From Octopus vulgaris (Eukaryota): a DNA stretch of 64,000 nucleotides. Shown here one piece after another: positions 13,310-26,436 of this stretch. Position numbers and translations under genes: made by a program. The notes beneath the pieces were generated by a model. That model had not been told where the DNA came from. It saw only the letters and a program-made list of their open reading frames with translations, and made no database searches. The DNA lies in NCBI GenBank assembly GCA_951406725.2, contig OX597842.1:7068001-7132000 (forward strand), read 5' to 3'. Within the stretch, counting starts at the first letter, position 1. Every line of letters starts with the position of its first letter.

Positions 13310-14592
13310 CGAGGGACGTTCAATAAGTAATGCCTCTGACCCACTTGCAGTTGTTTGATCTAGCTGAAATTTTGCATGTGCAATCATTTATATCTCTATA
13401 GAGTAAGTGGCAAATTACAGCACTGAATTAATTGTGGTTTCTGATTTACAGGTGTTTGAACCGAGTCAAGTGTGAAATGGAGCCTGTTGAGTGTCGAGCA
13501 GTGATCCAGTTTTTGTATTTGAAAGGACGCACACCACGGGAGACTTTTGATGAAATGAAAGTAACTTATGGTGATGATGCCCCATCATATAACCTTGTAA
13601 AACACTGGCATCATGAATTCAAACATGGTCAGAACTCTGTGGAAACAGCTCCCAGATCTGGTCGCCCCCTTCTGCCATTGATGAGGCATCTATCCGTCAA
13701 GTTGAGGCTGCAATTTTGGAAGATCGACGCATAACTATTCGCCAAATAGCCCATGAGGTCAAGTTTAGTACTGGGTCTGTGGAAACTATCATTCATGACC
13801 ATTTGCATATGCAAAAGGTATCTGCCAGATGGATTCCCAGGTTGCTCATGCCTTTCCAGAAGCAAGAACGCGTCGAGTGCTCGAGGGTGAATTTGGAGAT
13901 GTGCCAAGAAGATGAATCAAAATTTTTCAAAAGACTGATTACACAGGATGAAACCTGGGTCCATCACGATGATCCAGAGACCAGTCAATGCAGTGGAAGC
14001 ACCGTGACTCACCCCTCCAAAGAAGGCAAGGGTGCAGCCCTCCGCTGGCAAGGTCATGCTCACAGTCTTCTGGGACCAGGACGGAGTAGTGATGACAGAT
14101 TTCCTGGCAAAGGGTACCACAATTGCAGGAGCCTATTATACTTCATTTTTGAGGAAATTAAGAGAAGTTATCAAAATCAAGAGGCGGGGCAAGATCAGCA
14201 AAGGCATCCTCCTCCTGCAGGACAACGCTCCGGTCAACAACTCGCTTGTCGCCAGACCAGAAGCACAGGCGTATGGCTATGAACTTCTCCCCCATACCCC
14301 TACTTTCCTGACCTTGCATCCTCTGATTTTCACCTCTTCCCAGTCATGAAGTTGTTTTTGAAAAGAAAGCGTTTCCCAGATGATGCAGCCTTGATTTCTG
14401 AAGTCGCGTTCAGGTTGAAGGACCAAGCTGGGGTCTTCTACAAACACGGTCTCCAGAGCTGCATCAAACAATGGGAGAAATGCGTAACTCCGGGTGGTTC
14501 CTATGTAGAAAAAGACTAATAACTGTGCCAAGTTTCGTTGCTCTACTGTTATGGGAAGTGGGTCGGGGGCATTACTTATTGAACGCCCCTCG
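13310..14592 (+). mobile_element. Full-length mariner transposon (irritans/Himar1-like), transposase frameshifted
   Basis: TA|CGAGGGACGTTCAATAAGTAATGCC ... GGCATTACTTATTGAACGCCCCTCG|TA. Transposase pieces MEPVECRAVIQFLYLKG, WIPRLL, ITQDETW, SAGKVMLTVFWD and LLQDNA lie across three frames. Confidence 0.95.
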
Positions 14593-14834
14593 TATTTGAA
14601 ATAATTGGTGAACGCCATTGACCCTTCGTGCAAAAGCAATAAAAGCAGTTTCCACAGCTCCGCACTGCTCGTATCAATTTATACCCAATAATTAATAATT
14701 ATAAGGCTTCAATTTTAGATTTAACTTACATATTTACTGTGATTATAGAGCCACATAGACTAGGGGTAAAAGAGCCGCAAGGGGCTTGTATGCCGTGGTT
14801 CGGCCACCCCTGATCTGTGTGTATAGAGATGCAC

Positions 14835-14836
14835 AC

Positions 14837-14870
<34 letters not shown>

Positions 14871-16090
14871 GTATACACCTATATACACACGCCTACACAC
14901 CTACATACACACACATATACACACGCCCACACAGCTACATACACACACATACATACACACATACACGGACACACCCATACATACTTACATACATACACCT
15001 ATACACACACGCCTACACACCTACACACACACATGCACACACACACACATGTACGCACATACACACACATATACGCACACACATATATACCCACACACAT
15101 GCACACACACACACATACGCACATACATGCACGCATGCACACGCGCACACCTACACGCATACACACACACACACGCACGTACACATACATACATACACAC
15201 ACGCATACATACACCCATACACATACATGCATCCTACACACACATACATACACACTCACACATACATACACACACACGCACTCACTCACACACCTGTATG
15301 TTCGCGCACACACATGCACATACACACACTTCCCCACACCCACACGTACATACATACACACTCATACACACATACACACACACACACACACACGGACATA
15401 CATCTATGCACACACATATATACACACATACTCACATACATTCATCGGACACACTGCCACCCAGACATACACACAGACACACTCACACATCCACACGCAC
15501 ACATACGTACGCGCACACTCGCAGGCTCGCGCACACACGCGTTTGCGCCGGTTCGCGCACGCATGCGCCCGCATGCACCTCGCCCTTGGACCCGACGAGA
15601 CCTCCCGCCCGTTCCCGGGATGTCGCTTGTCGTTGGGTTTCCCCACGCCCGTCTCCGCGGGACCACTCTTCCATCTTCCCCTCCGCTGGAGTCCTTTTCC
15701 TACCCCCCCCCCTTTTTTTCGTTACACACACGCGCACACATATACACACATTGCTTAAACATATACATCACTCTTACACACATTCAATCTACTCGCCACT
15801 AATACTACCACGACACTGGACACACACACACACTACTACTCAACACACGCTGGCACGCTACATACGCCCCCACCCCTTCCCCTCCCTCCCTTCCTCCTTC
15901 CTCCCTTTTCTCACTACTGACCTTTGTCTGCTATGCTGCTGCTATGCTGACCACCGTCTCGCCCTACCTCACACGCCTACACACAGACGCACACACTAAC
16001 ACATACATATATTTTTTGTTTTTTTACCTCGCCTCACACACACACATACACACACGCACACGCACACACTCACACATACACACACATCTG
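14835..16090. repeat. Complex (TA)/(CA)/(CATA) microsatellite tract with a GC-rich insert
   Basis: Low-complexity sequence read directly; it produces spurious His/Thr ORFs. Confidence 0.9.
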
Positions 16091-16257
16091 TTGCGTTACC
16101 AACCTTGTCTCCACTCTTTTGCCTTTAAAAACCCACTTTGCTCTTGTTATCGTAAACATCCGCCTTTCACCATGTGCTACTCCTAACACCAGCCGTTTTT
16201 TTCTCTATCTCCGTTGCCCGCTCCGGGATCTTTCTTTCCTCTCTCTTCCTTCTTTAT

Positions 16258-16292
16258 GTTTCCGACGAAGAGCTCCGCTCGAAACGTCATAC
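16258..16292 (+). ncRNA. Minimal hammerhead motif (U4C core variant)
   Basis: GTTT CCGACGA A GAGC TCC GCTC GAAAC GTC ATAC; same family as 49583. Confidence 0.65.
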
Positions 16293-16378
16293 CTCCCTGC
16301 TTCCATTTCCTGAGCGCCTATTAATAATAATACTGTAATTGTTCCCTTGTTGTTGTTTTTTTGTTTCCCGTTTGGATT

Positions 16379-16426
<48 letters not shown>

Positions 16427-16437
16427 GCACATAGGCG

Positions 16438-16480
<43 letters not shown>

Positions 16481-17206
16481 CATACATACATACATACATA
16501 CATACATACACACTACACACACACATATATACATATATATACATATATATATATATATATACATATATATATGTATATATACACACACACACACACGCGC
16601 GTGTTTGTCTCCCACTACTGTTTGACAATTGGTGTTGGTTTATTTACGTCCCCATAACTTGATCGTTCGGCAAAATGAAAAACCGATAGAATACCAGGCT
16701 TTAAAAACACGATTTGTTCGGCAAAAAATTCCCTCGGGGAGGTGCCCCAGCATGGCCACAGTCCAATGACTTGTTAAAGTATTGGTCGTTCTCTGACAGG
16801 ATTATGGTCGAGCTTGTGGCAATGGAGACCTCTATCGGGGTAGAGATAACCGCAAACTTATACGACCGCTGGCATTCCTCCACATGTGTGCCCCCCCACC
16901 ACGCCGACTTTGTTGCCTCATAACTTCCAGAAAAATTAATATTTTTCAATGAAAATTTTTTACAAATACGCTCCAGATGGTGTAGATTCTGATAATATCG
17001 GAACATTTTGTGAAAAATTTTTTTCCTAGGGATGGGGAGAGGAGTTTTGTAAAATTCATACGAATAGGCTTTGTTTCTTCATAAATTTCTGAAAAATGGG
17101 TAACTTTTTCGAATGAAATTTTCTGTGAATCCCTTTCAGAGTGCGTTACGATTATATCAGAAGTTAATAACAAAAATCAAATTTGATGGACTCGCACATA
17201 TACATA

Positions 17207-17963
17207 CCTATTTCTTTATTACCCACAAGGGGCTAAACATAGAGGGGACAAACAAGGACAGACATAGGTATTAAGTCGATTACATCGACCCCAGTGCGTA
17301 ACTGGTACTTAATTTATCGACCCCGAAAGGATGAAAGGCAAAGTCGACCTCGGCGGAATTTGAACTCACAACGTAACGGCAGACGAAATACCTATTTCTT
17401 TATTACCCACAAGGGGCTAAACATAGAGGGGACAAACAAGGACAGACATAGGTATTAAGTCGATTACATCGACCCCAGTGCGTAACTGGTACTTAATTTA
17501 TCGACCCCGAAAGAATGAAAGGCAAAGTCGACCTCGGCGGAATTTGAACTCACAACGTAACGGCAGACGAAATACCTATTTCTTTATTACCCACAAGGGG
17601 CTAAACATAGAGGGGACAAACAAGGACAGACATAGGTATTAAGTCGATTACATCGACCCCCAGTGCGTAACTGGTACTTAATTTATCGACCCCGAAAGAA
17701 TGAAAGGCAAAGTCGACCTCGGCGGAATTTGAACTCACAACGTAACGGCAGACGAAATACCTATTTCTTTATTACCCACAAGGGCTAAACATAGAGGGGA
17801 CAAACAAGGACAGACATAGGTATTAAGTCGATTACATCGACCCCAGTGCGTAACTGGTACTTAATTTATCGACCCCGAAAGAATGAAAGGCAAAGTCGAC
17901 CTCGGCGGAATTTGAACTACGCATTTCGCCCGGCGTGCTAACGTTTCCGCCAGCTCGCCGCCT
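17207..17963 (-). mobile_element. SINE family D (Nin/Deu-domain-like core) with ~184-bp body repeated 4x in tandem
   Basis: Head GGCGGCGAGCTGGCGGAAACGTTAGC, core GCCTTTCATCCTTTCGGGGTCGATAAATTAAGTACC, and near-identical tandem units. Confidence 0.9.
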
Positions 17964-18646
17964 ATGTACATACCGACGACACACGTCACGTCTATCGGCA
18001 AAGTGAAACTTGAAATTTCGAAAAAAATTGTGCTGTGTGTCAGAACATAGGAGTGCTCATTAATTTTCTTTTCACATGAAATTGCGATAAAATAGTAATT
18101 TACACACTCTGAAAAGTATTCAGAGAAAATTTCATTTAAAAATACACGCGGTAACACAGCCGACTCGTGTGAATTTTCCCAAACTCCTTTTCCCCCCCAC
18201 CCCTACGTCGAAAAGATTTCAGAATAAATTCCGATATAATCGGAATCTGCACCACCTGAAGCGTATTTGTAGAAAATTTCATTAAAAAACCCCATTTTTT
18301 CTGGAAGTTATGGGCTAACAAAGTCGGAGGTGTAGACATACGTAGAAACCACTCGTTATTGTCACCAAATACACAACAACATGACTGAAACAAGTATAAA
18401 GAAATAAAATCGTAAAAATAATGAGAAAAGATCTATTGTACACTTCCGGGTTGACTACACTTTCGTTATCAATTATCAATTGCGCAGTAACATGGAATTA
18501 GAGGAGGGCAGCGAGCTGGCTGAATCGTTAACATTCAAATTCGACCGAGTTCGAATTTTTTTTTTTTTTTTGCCGAACCGCTAGGTTAGGAGGACGCTAG
18601 TACATCAACATTGGTTGTCAAGTTCCTTTTAAAGTAGAAGGAACAG

Positions 18647-18980
18647 CTAAGATTTTTTGACTGCTCTTTCTAAACTTCGGTATGTGGTGAAGCAAATCTT
18701 TGCTGAACCCTAATTATAAAGTATATGTATACATACATATGTATATAAATATATGTATATATATATATATATATATAAATATTTGATTTGAAAACCCCAC
18801 TGGAATGGGAGAAAGCGCTAATAATCCAAATGATATGATCTGAATGATATGATATATATATGTAAAAAATGTAATATATAAATAAATATCTATAAATATG
18901 AACCATCTGATCTGATTACCTCATTTCTTCTAATATATAATACTTGTACATCATCTCTAAACCTTCCAATATATATATAA

Positions 18981-19026
<46 letters not shown>

Positions 19027-19038
19027 TATGTATATAAA

Positions 19039-19083
<45 letters not shown>

Positions 19084-19084
19084 A

Positions 19085-19135
<51 letters not shown>

Positions 19136-19179
19136 TATGTATATACACATATGTATGTACGTATATATATGTGTGTGTG

Positions 19180-19211
<32 letters not shown>

Positions 19212-19366
19212 CATTGCGTTTGTGCTCGTTACCACCCGACCGTTAAACAACTGGTGTCAGTTCGGCAAAAAACTGAGGTGTGGTGGCTAAGGATATTAGA
19301 CATGCTATTCACCCACATTACATTATGTCATTCACCCCACACACACAAATTGTTTTCTCAAAACTT
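18647..19366 (-). CDS. Candidate 3' micro-exons (19366-19336, 18962-18920, 18709-18647) of a small protein with RRM-like pattern
   Basis: AG/GT-bounded unique islands between microsatellites whose phases (1-2-0) join to [45 protein letters not shown]. Acceptors are weak. Confidence 0.25.
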
Positions 19367-19391
19367 CTAGAGAAATTTTCTCAAAACTTCT

Positions 19392-19560
19392 AGGCGCAAT
19401 GGCCTAGTGGTTAGGGCAGCGGACTTGCGGTCGGAGGATCGCGGTTTCGATTCCCAGACCGGGCGTTGTGTGTGTTTATTGAGCGAAAACACCTAAAAGC
19501 TCCACGAGGCTCCGGCAGGGATGGTGGTGGTGATCCCTGCTGTACTCTTTCACCACTCTA
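19392..19560 (+). mobile_element. tRNA-derived SINE family B (GGCGCAATGGCCCAGTGGTTAGGGC head), fused to a family A tail
   Basis: A box TGGCCTAGTGG and B box TTTCGATTCC. Other copies at 32845, 34930(-), 38841, 41938 and 50192(-). Confidence 0.85.
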
Positions 19561-19674
19561 AAAGGCGGTGCTCCAGCATGGCCGCAGTCAAATGACTGAA
19601 ACAAGTACAAAAAAAAAAAAAAAAAAAAATGAATATTTTTAATGAAATTTTCTACAAATACGCTTCAGATATTT

Positions 19675-19905
19675 ATTTCTTTACTACCCACAAGGGGCTA
19701 AACACAGAGGGGACAAACAAGGACAGACATAGGTATTAAGTCGATTACATCGACCCAGTGCGTAACTGGTACTTTATTTATCGACCCCGAAAGGATGAAA
19801 GGCAAAGTTGACCTCTGCGGAATTTGAACTCAGAACGTAGCGGCAGACGAAATACCGCTAAGCATTTCGCCCGGCGTGCCAACGTTTCTGCCAGCTTGCC
19901 GCCTT
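19675..19905 (-). mobile_element. SINE family D monomer
   Basis: Same consensus as 17207-17963. Confidence 0.88.
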
Positions 19906-20193
19906 CAGATATTGTTTGTTTCCTCATAACCTTCAGAAAATAGGGGGGTTTTTTTTAAAGGAATTTTTCAATGAATACCCCTGCGAGTGTGTAGATTACG
20001 ATTGTATCAGAACTTAATACTGTCACACATTACAATTCTTTTGTAAATTTCAAGTTTCATTTTGTAGATATACATATTGTTTATTATTTTGTCATTATTA
20101 TCATTTAATCATTATAGACGCAGGAGTGGCTTGAAAAAGGGCGAAAGAAGAAATATATATATATAAGATTAAAAACAGAACACAAAGGATATC

Positions 20194-20277
20194 GCGGTAC
20201 ACGTGTTTCAAGCTTTATCCGTTTTTACATCAGTGTATAATTGATATAAAAGATGGTTTAAAGCTCTCTTCAGCCGC
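20194..20277 (-). ncRNA. Type-I hammerhead ribozyme, intact core
   Basis: Minus strand reads GCGG CTGAAGA GAGCTTTA..(loop)..TAAAGCTT GAAAC ACGT GTA^CCGC. Helix I is GCGG/CCGC, helix II is 8 bp, and helix III is the palindrome ACACGTGT. Confidence 0.85.
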
Positions 20278-20408
20278 AAACATTGTTATTCCAAAGTATT
20301 CACCCTAAATTTAAAGTACCTACTATATATATATATATACGTTTTTTTAGAAAAACAAACTCAGAGAAGCACGGTCTATATTTATTACTGGCGAAGGTCG
20401 GTTTATAG

Positions 20409-20466
20409 GGTTACCCTTGGTTTCTCGCCATCCATAAAGGATACCTTTATGGCGTATCTTCAGACT
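20409..20466 (-). ncRNA. Hammerhead motif (weak helix I) enclosed in a local hairpin
   Basis: Minus strand reads GT CTGAAGA TACGCCA..TGGCGA GAAA CC AAG GG TA^AC. Flanked by inverted tattactggcgaaggtcggtttataggg / ccctataaaccggtcttcaccagtaata. Confidence 0.55.
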
Positions 20467-20741
20467 AACAGGCCCTATAAACCGGTCTTCACCAGTAATA
20501 CATATGTGTGTGTGTTAAAGATAAATGATATTATTAGTCCATTAATCAATTAGAAATTCGTTGGAAATATCTGTAGTGAATTCACATATTATCCACCTGT
20601 TGTTATAAATATAGCTATCTTTAACACACACACACATATAGGCCAGGTTCACTTTAACACACACACATAAATGCCAGGTTCACTTGAATCCCGATCTAAT
20701 GTGTGTGTGTGTGGTATAATCATTTGACTGCAGCCATGCTG

Positions 20742-20953
20742 GAGCACCCACCTTAAGGGGTTTAAATCGAAGAAATCGACCTCAGGACTTATTCTTTGTA
20801 AGCCTAGTACTTCTATCGATCACTTTTGCCAAACATACCTACTGTATGTATGTATATATATATGTTTGGCAAAAGTGATCGATAGAAGTACTAGGCTTAC
20901 AAAGAATAAGTCCTGAGGTCGATTTCTTCGATTTAAACCCCTTAAGGTGGGTG

Positions 20954-20956
<3 letters not shown>
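20742..20956. repeat. Essentially perfect ~95-bp inverted duplication of a SINE tail
   Basis: 20742-20837 is the reverse complement of 20861-20956, including a private deletion (tagtac-ttctatc). Confidence 0.92.
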
Positions 20957-21010
<54 letters not shown>

Positions 21011-21236
21011 GTTTATGTATTCGTTTTGCAAATTCTTGATGTGAACTGGTGTGTTGAAACAGATATTGTATTTCAGGATGGTCATGTCAATTTAGCCAAT
21101 GGCAGATCGTTAGGAAGGAGAGACACAAAAAGAAAGAAAGCAAAGGACCTCTCATGAGGTCACAGAAGTGTGACGAAAGAACTCTGGCCGAAATGCAATT
21201 AATGTGAAGTAAAGCTTAAGAAAGTGAACACTAAGT

Positions 21237-21466
21237 CGGCGAGCTGGCAGAACCGTTAGCACACCAGGCGAAATGCATAGCGGTATTTCGTCTGCCGCTA
21301 CGTTCTGAGTTCAAATTCCGCCGCGGTCAACTTTGCCTTTCATCCTTTCGGGGTCGATTAAATAAGTACCAGTTACGCACTGGGGTCAATATAATCGTCT
21401 TAATCCATTTGTCTGTCCTTGTTTGTCTCCTCTGTGTTTAGCCCCTTGTGGGTAGTAAAGAAATAA
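21237..21466 (+). mobile_element. SINE family D monomer
   Basis: Matches the family D consensus. Confidence 0.88.
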
Positions 21467-21539
21467 GTGAACACTAAATATATAGTGCGTGTGTTTTCAT
21501 TGGCTAATTAGCAACGTCCCCAAATACAACAATACAACA

Positions 21540-21594
<55 letters not shown>

Positions 21595-21711
21595 AACATA
21601 TATATAATATATATTGTTGTAATTGTATATATATACACATATATATACACACACACATAGTTACGTTGGTGCAAACAGGAAAAATAATAATCAAAATATG
21701 AATATATACTC

Positions 21712-22111
21712 TTTTTACTCTTTTATTTGTTTCAGTTATTTGACTGCGGTCATGCTGGAGCACCGCTTTTAATCGAGCAACTCGATCCAGGGACTTATTC
21801 TTTTGTGAGCCCAGTACTTATTCTATCAGTCTCTTTTGCCGAACCACTAAGTAACAGGGACATAAACATACCAGCATCGGTTGCCAAGCAATGCTAGGGG
21901 GACAAACACAGACACACAAACATACACACGCATATATATACATACATATATATGACGGGCTTCTTTCAGTTTCCGTCAACCAAATCCACTCACAAGGCTT
22001 TGGTCGGCCTGAGGCTATAGTAGAAGACACTTGCCCAAGGTGCCACGCAGTGGGACTGAACCAGGAACCATGTGGTTGGTAAACAAGCTACTTACCACAC
22101 AGCCACTCCTC
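21712..22111 (-). mobile_element. SINE family A copy
   Basis: Consensus match. Confidence 0.9.
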
Positions 22112-22406
22112 TATATTTTTTATTTATATTTAGCAGAAATAACAGTGTAACTGAAGGTCCGAAAACTCTTGTGCGTTGAGTCACTGTTAATTCTAAATAT
22201 TTATAGAAATATACATACACTCATATTTTGAGTATTTTTTTTTTCCGTTTGCACCAACTTACTGTATATATAAACATATGCATAAATATATATACACATG
22301 TATGTGTTTTATATATAAATATATATTTTAAAAATTGAGGTCATTTTATGGGATTGCCCAGGTTTTCCGTCCATAAAGAGTTTAGCTTCATGGTGTATCA
22401 TCAGAT

Positions 22407-22409
<3 letters not shown>

Positions 22410-22493
<84 letters not shown>

Positions 22494-22547
22494 ATATATA
22501 TATACATACATACATACATATATCTATATCTATATATACACATATAT

Positions 22548-22617
<70 letters not shown>

Positions 22618-22779
22618 CATATATATATATATACATACATATATATATACATACATATATATACATATATATATACATATATATATATACATATATATAT
22701 ACATATATATATACATATATATATATATACATACATATATATATACATACATATATATATACATATATATATACATATA

Positions 22780-22819
<40 letters not shown>

Positions 22820-22966
22820 CATATATATATACATATATATATATATATACATACATATATATATATATACATACATATATACATATATACATACATATAT
22901 ATACATATATATATACATATATATATATACATATATATATATATACATACATATATATATACATAC

Positions 22967-23023
<57 letters not shown>

Positions 23024-23053
23024 CATACATATATATATATATACATACATATA

Positions 23054-23091
<38 letters not shown>

Positions 23092-23131
23092 CATATATAT
23101 ATATACATATATATATACATATATATATATA
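22410..23131. repeat. ~720-bp (TA)n/(TACA)n microsatellite
   Basis: Read directly. Confidence 0.97.
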
Positions 23132-23503
23132 CTCTTTTACTTGTTTGTCATTTGCACCGCCTTTAGTCGAGCAAATCTACCCCGGGACTTATTCTTTGTA
23201 AGCCCAGTACTTATTCTATCAGTCTTTTTTGCCGAACCACTAAGTTACGGGGACGTAAACACACCAGCATTGGTTGTCAAGCAATGCTAGGTGGTCAAAC
23301 ACAGACACACAAACACACACGCACATATATATATATACATATATACGACGAGCTTCTTTCAGTTTCCGTCTACCAAATCCACTCACAAGGCTTTGGTCGG
23401 CCCGAGGCTATAGTAGAAGACACTTGCCAAAGGTGCCACGCAGTGGGACTGAACCCGGAACCATGTGGTTGGTAAACAAGCTACTTACCACACAGCCACT
23501 CCT
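23132..23503 (-). mobile_element. SINE family A copy
   Basis: Consensus match. Confidence 0.9.
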
Positions 23504-23537
23504 GTATATACACACATATATATATATATATCTATAG

Positions 23538-23583
<46 letters not shown>

Positions 23584-23877
23584 ATTTATATATATATATA
23601 TCTACATATATATATGTATGTATATATACACATATCAAAATAGATGTGCGTGTGTGTAGCTCAAATTCTGCATTATTTTGAGCGAATTTTCTGAATTTCG
23701 CTATAATACACACATGTAATTTATTTATCATTAAATATGATAGAATAAGTTATTTACAAGTTTTTTTTTAGTTACGAAACAAATTTATCGTGAGGTTTAG
23801 ATTTTTTTTTTGCTAAATAAAGTTGATCTATGATTTTTCTACGTATATATATAAATGTGTGTGTGTGTGTGTATATG

Positions 23878-23916
<39 letters not shown>

Positions 23917-23989
23917 ATATACACACACACACATATATATACGTAAAAAAATGATAGATCAACTTTATTTATATATATATACACGATCA

Positions 23990-24025
<36 letters not shown>

Positions 24026-24539
24026 TGAAATATATATATATACACTGATCGTGTCTCCTTTTTGAAAGAGGTTATAATGCCCGCGGCTACAGAAGCCTGA
24101 TTAGTTCGTCTTTAAACCATTGGTCACTCTGTGTCAGGCCATACGATTTTACTGACTGAAACCAATGTATATTATATGCGCACATAATATATAAATATAT
24201 ACACATTACATATATATAATAATATATATAAATATATATATACTCGTCGCTCACATAGACACACACCATAGTCGTATATAAATTAATAACTTTCAAATAT
24301 CACTTACCCTCTGCAAAACTGTCAATCTCATTCGTCAACTTGTAGCTTAGTGTTTATATATAGTGTGTGTGTATATATATATATATAAATATATACACAC
24401 ACACACACATATATACAATCACATACTCACATATATATACATATTTCAATGTATATTAAGTATGTATGTATGGATGAAACTGGGCGTTGCGTGAGGGTGT
24501 GTGTGGTTTTGTGTGTAAATGCATGTGGGCGTGTGTGTT

Positions 24540-25335
24540 TGTGTGTGTGTGTATATACAAGTTTGTATTTGTGTGCGAGAACGTGTGTGTGTGTGTGTAT
24601 AAGTTTGATTTTGTGTACGATAAGGTGTGTGTGTGTATATAAGTTTGTATTTGTGTACGAGAACGTGTGTGTGTGTGTGTGTGTATAAGTTTGTATTTGT
24701 GTACGATAACGTGTGTGTGTGTGTATATAAGTTTGTATTTGTGTACGAGAACGTGTGTGTGTATAAGTTTGTATTTGTGTACGATAACGTGTGTGTGTGT
24801 ATATAAGTTTGTATTTGTGTACGAGAACGTGTGTGTGTGTGTGTGTATAAGTTTGATTTGTGTGCGAGAGAACGTGTGTGTGTGTGTGTGTGTATAAGTT
24901 TGTATTTGTGTACGATAACGTGTGTGTGTGTATATAAGTTTGTATTTGTGTACGAGAACGTGTGTGTGTGTGTATAAGTTTGATTTGTGTGCGAGAGAAC
25001 GTGTGTGTGTGTATATAAGTTTGTATTTGTGTACGAGAACGTGTGTGTGTGTGTATAAGTTTGTATTTGTGTACGAGAACGTGTGTGTATGTATATAAGT
25101 TTGTATTTGTGTACGAGAACGTGTGTGTGTGTGTATAAGTTTGTATTTGTGTGCGTGAACGTGTGTGTATGTATATAAGTTTGTATTTGTGTACGAGAAC
25201 GTGTGTGTATAAGTTTGTATTTGTGTGCTAGAACGTGTGTGTGTGTATATAAGTTTGTATTTGTGTGCGTGAACGTGTGTGTGTGTGTGTGTGTATAAGT
25301 TTGATTTTGTGTGCGAGAACGTGTGTGTGTGTGTC
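24540..25335. repeat. Minisatellite, ~38-44 bp unit (GT)n-ATAAGTTTGTATTTGTGTACGAGAAC
   Basis: About 20 tandem units with variable (GT)n. Confidence 0.95.
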
Positions 25336-25379
25336 TATGAAAGAGTTAAAGAGAGGGAGTGTGATAATATGTGCGTGTG

Positions 25380-25640
25380 ATCTTTAAAAAGTTTTACTTA
25401 CACAACCCCGTCACTATCAGCATCACCGCCAGCGCAGCTTTGTTGCGAAACAGAAAATAAAAGTACTTCCTAGAAAATAGTTTCATTTTTAATGGTGCGA
25501 AGTGATGACGAAAATGCAGCACAAAGACGATACGAAAGCAAAACACTAAGTTGGCGGGTTAAATTGCCGTTCGGGAAATGGAGCGGAAGAGGGATGGGCG
25601 AAAGCGAAGGAGAAACTTTTGGACGTCTCGTTTACTGTTT
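25380..25640. promoter_or_regulatory. CpG-retaining unique island, possible promoter/first-exon region
   Basis: Non-repetitive and CpG-rich compared with its surroundings. Contains GGCGGG and CGGAAG (ETS-like) motifs and lies upstream (minus sense) of a strong donor site at 24301-24307. Confidence 0.25.
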
Positions 25641-25650
25641 GTTTTTACGC

Positions 25651-25879
25651 TTTTACTTTGTTTCAGTCAATTGACTGCGGCCATGCTGAAGCACCGCCTT
25701 TTTAGTCGAGCAAATCGACCCCGGGACTTATTCTTTTTTGTAAGCCCAGTACTTATTCTATCGGCCGCTTTTGCCGAACCGCTAGGTTACGGGGACGTAA
25801 ACACACCAGCATCGGTTGTCAAGCGATGTTGGGGGGGACAAACACAGACACACAGACACACAAACATACATAAACACAC

Positions 25880-25912
<33 letters not shown>

Positions 25913-26147
25913 CTCTTTTACTTGTTTTAGTCATTTGACTGTGGCCATGCTGGAGCACCGCCTTTTTAGTCGAGCAAATCGACCCCGGGACTTATTCTTT
26001 TTTGTAAGCCCAGTACTTATTCTATCGGACGCTTTGGCCGAACCGCTAGGTTACGGGGACGTAAACACACCAGCATCGGTTGTCAAGCGATGTTGGGGGT
26101 ACAAACACAGACACACACACACGCACACACACATACATATATATATG

Positions 26148-26184
<37 letters not shown>

Positions 26185-26345
26185 GACGGGCTTCTTTCAG
26201 TTTCCGTCTGCCAAATCCACTCACAAGGCTTTGGTTGGCCCGAAGCTATAGTAGAAGACACTTCTTGCCCAAGGTGCCACGCAGTGGGACTGAACCCGGA
26301 ACCATGTGGTTCGTAAAGAAGCTACTTACCACACGGCCACTCCTG
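25651..26345 (-). mobile_element. SINE family A with tandemly duplicated 3' half
   Basis: 25651-25905 repeats at 25915-26180, followed by the head at ~26345. Confidence 0.88.
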
Positions 26346-26436
26346 CAAGTGTGACGGGGGAAATGGACCGGAGAAGATTCAACAATACACACACACACAT
26401 GTATGTATGTATGTATGTATGTATTTATGATGTGAA

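Noticed and set aside
14786-15999. 300+ aa His/Thr-rich ORFs in three frames
   Set aside because: (CA)n low-complexity sequence lacks stop codons by composition.
19392-19465. tRNA genes at SINE heads
   Set aside because: A/B boxes continue into SINE bodies, with no complete cloverleaf and no terminator.
22141-22188. Possible hammerhead (aacagt...ctgaag gtcc gaaa actc..gagtc actgtt)
   Set aside because: Helix I/III-like pairing is present but the core and helix II are disrupted; too decayed to call.
22309-23166. 200-270 aa Tyr/Ile ORFs on both strands
   Set aside because: (TA)n/(TACA)n microsatellite.
25578-26354. 258-aa ORF and recurring peptides such as '[43 protein letters not shown]'
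   Set aside because: Antisense translation of SINE family A, repeated at every copy.
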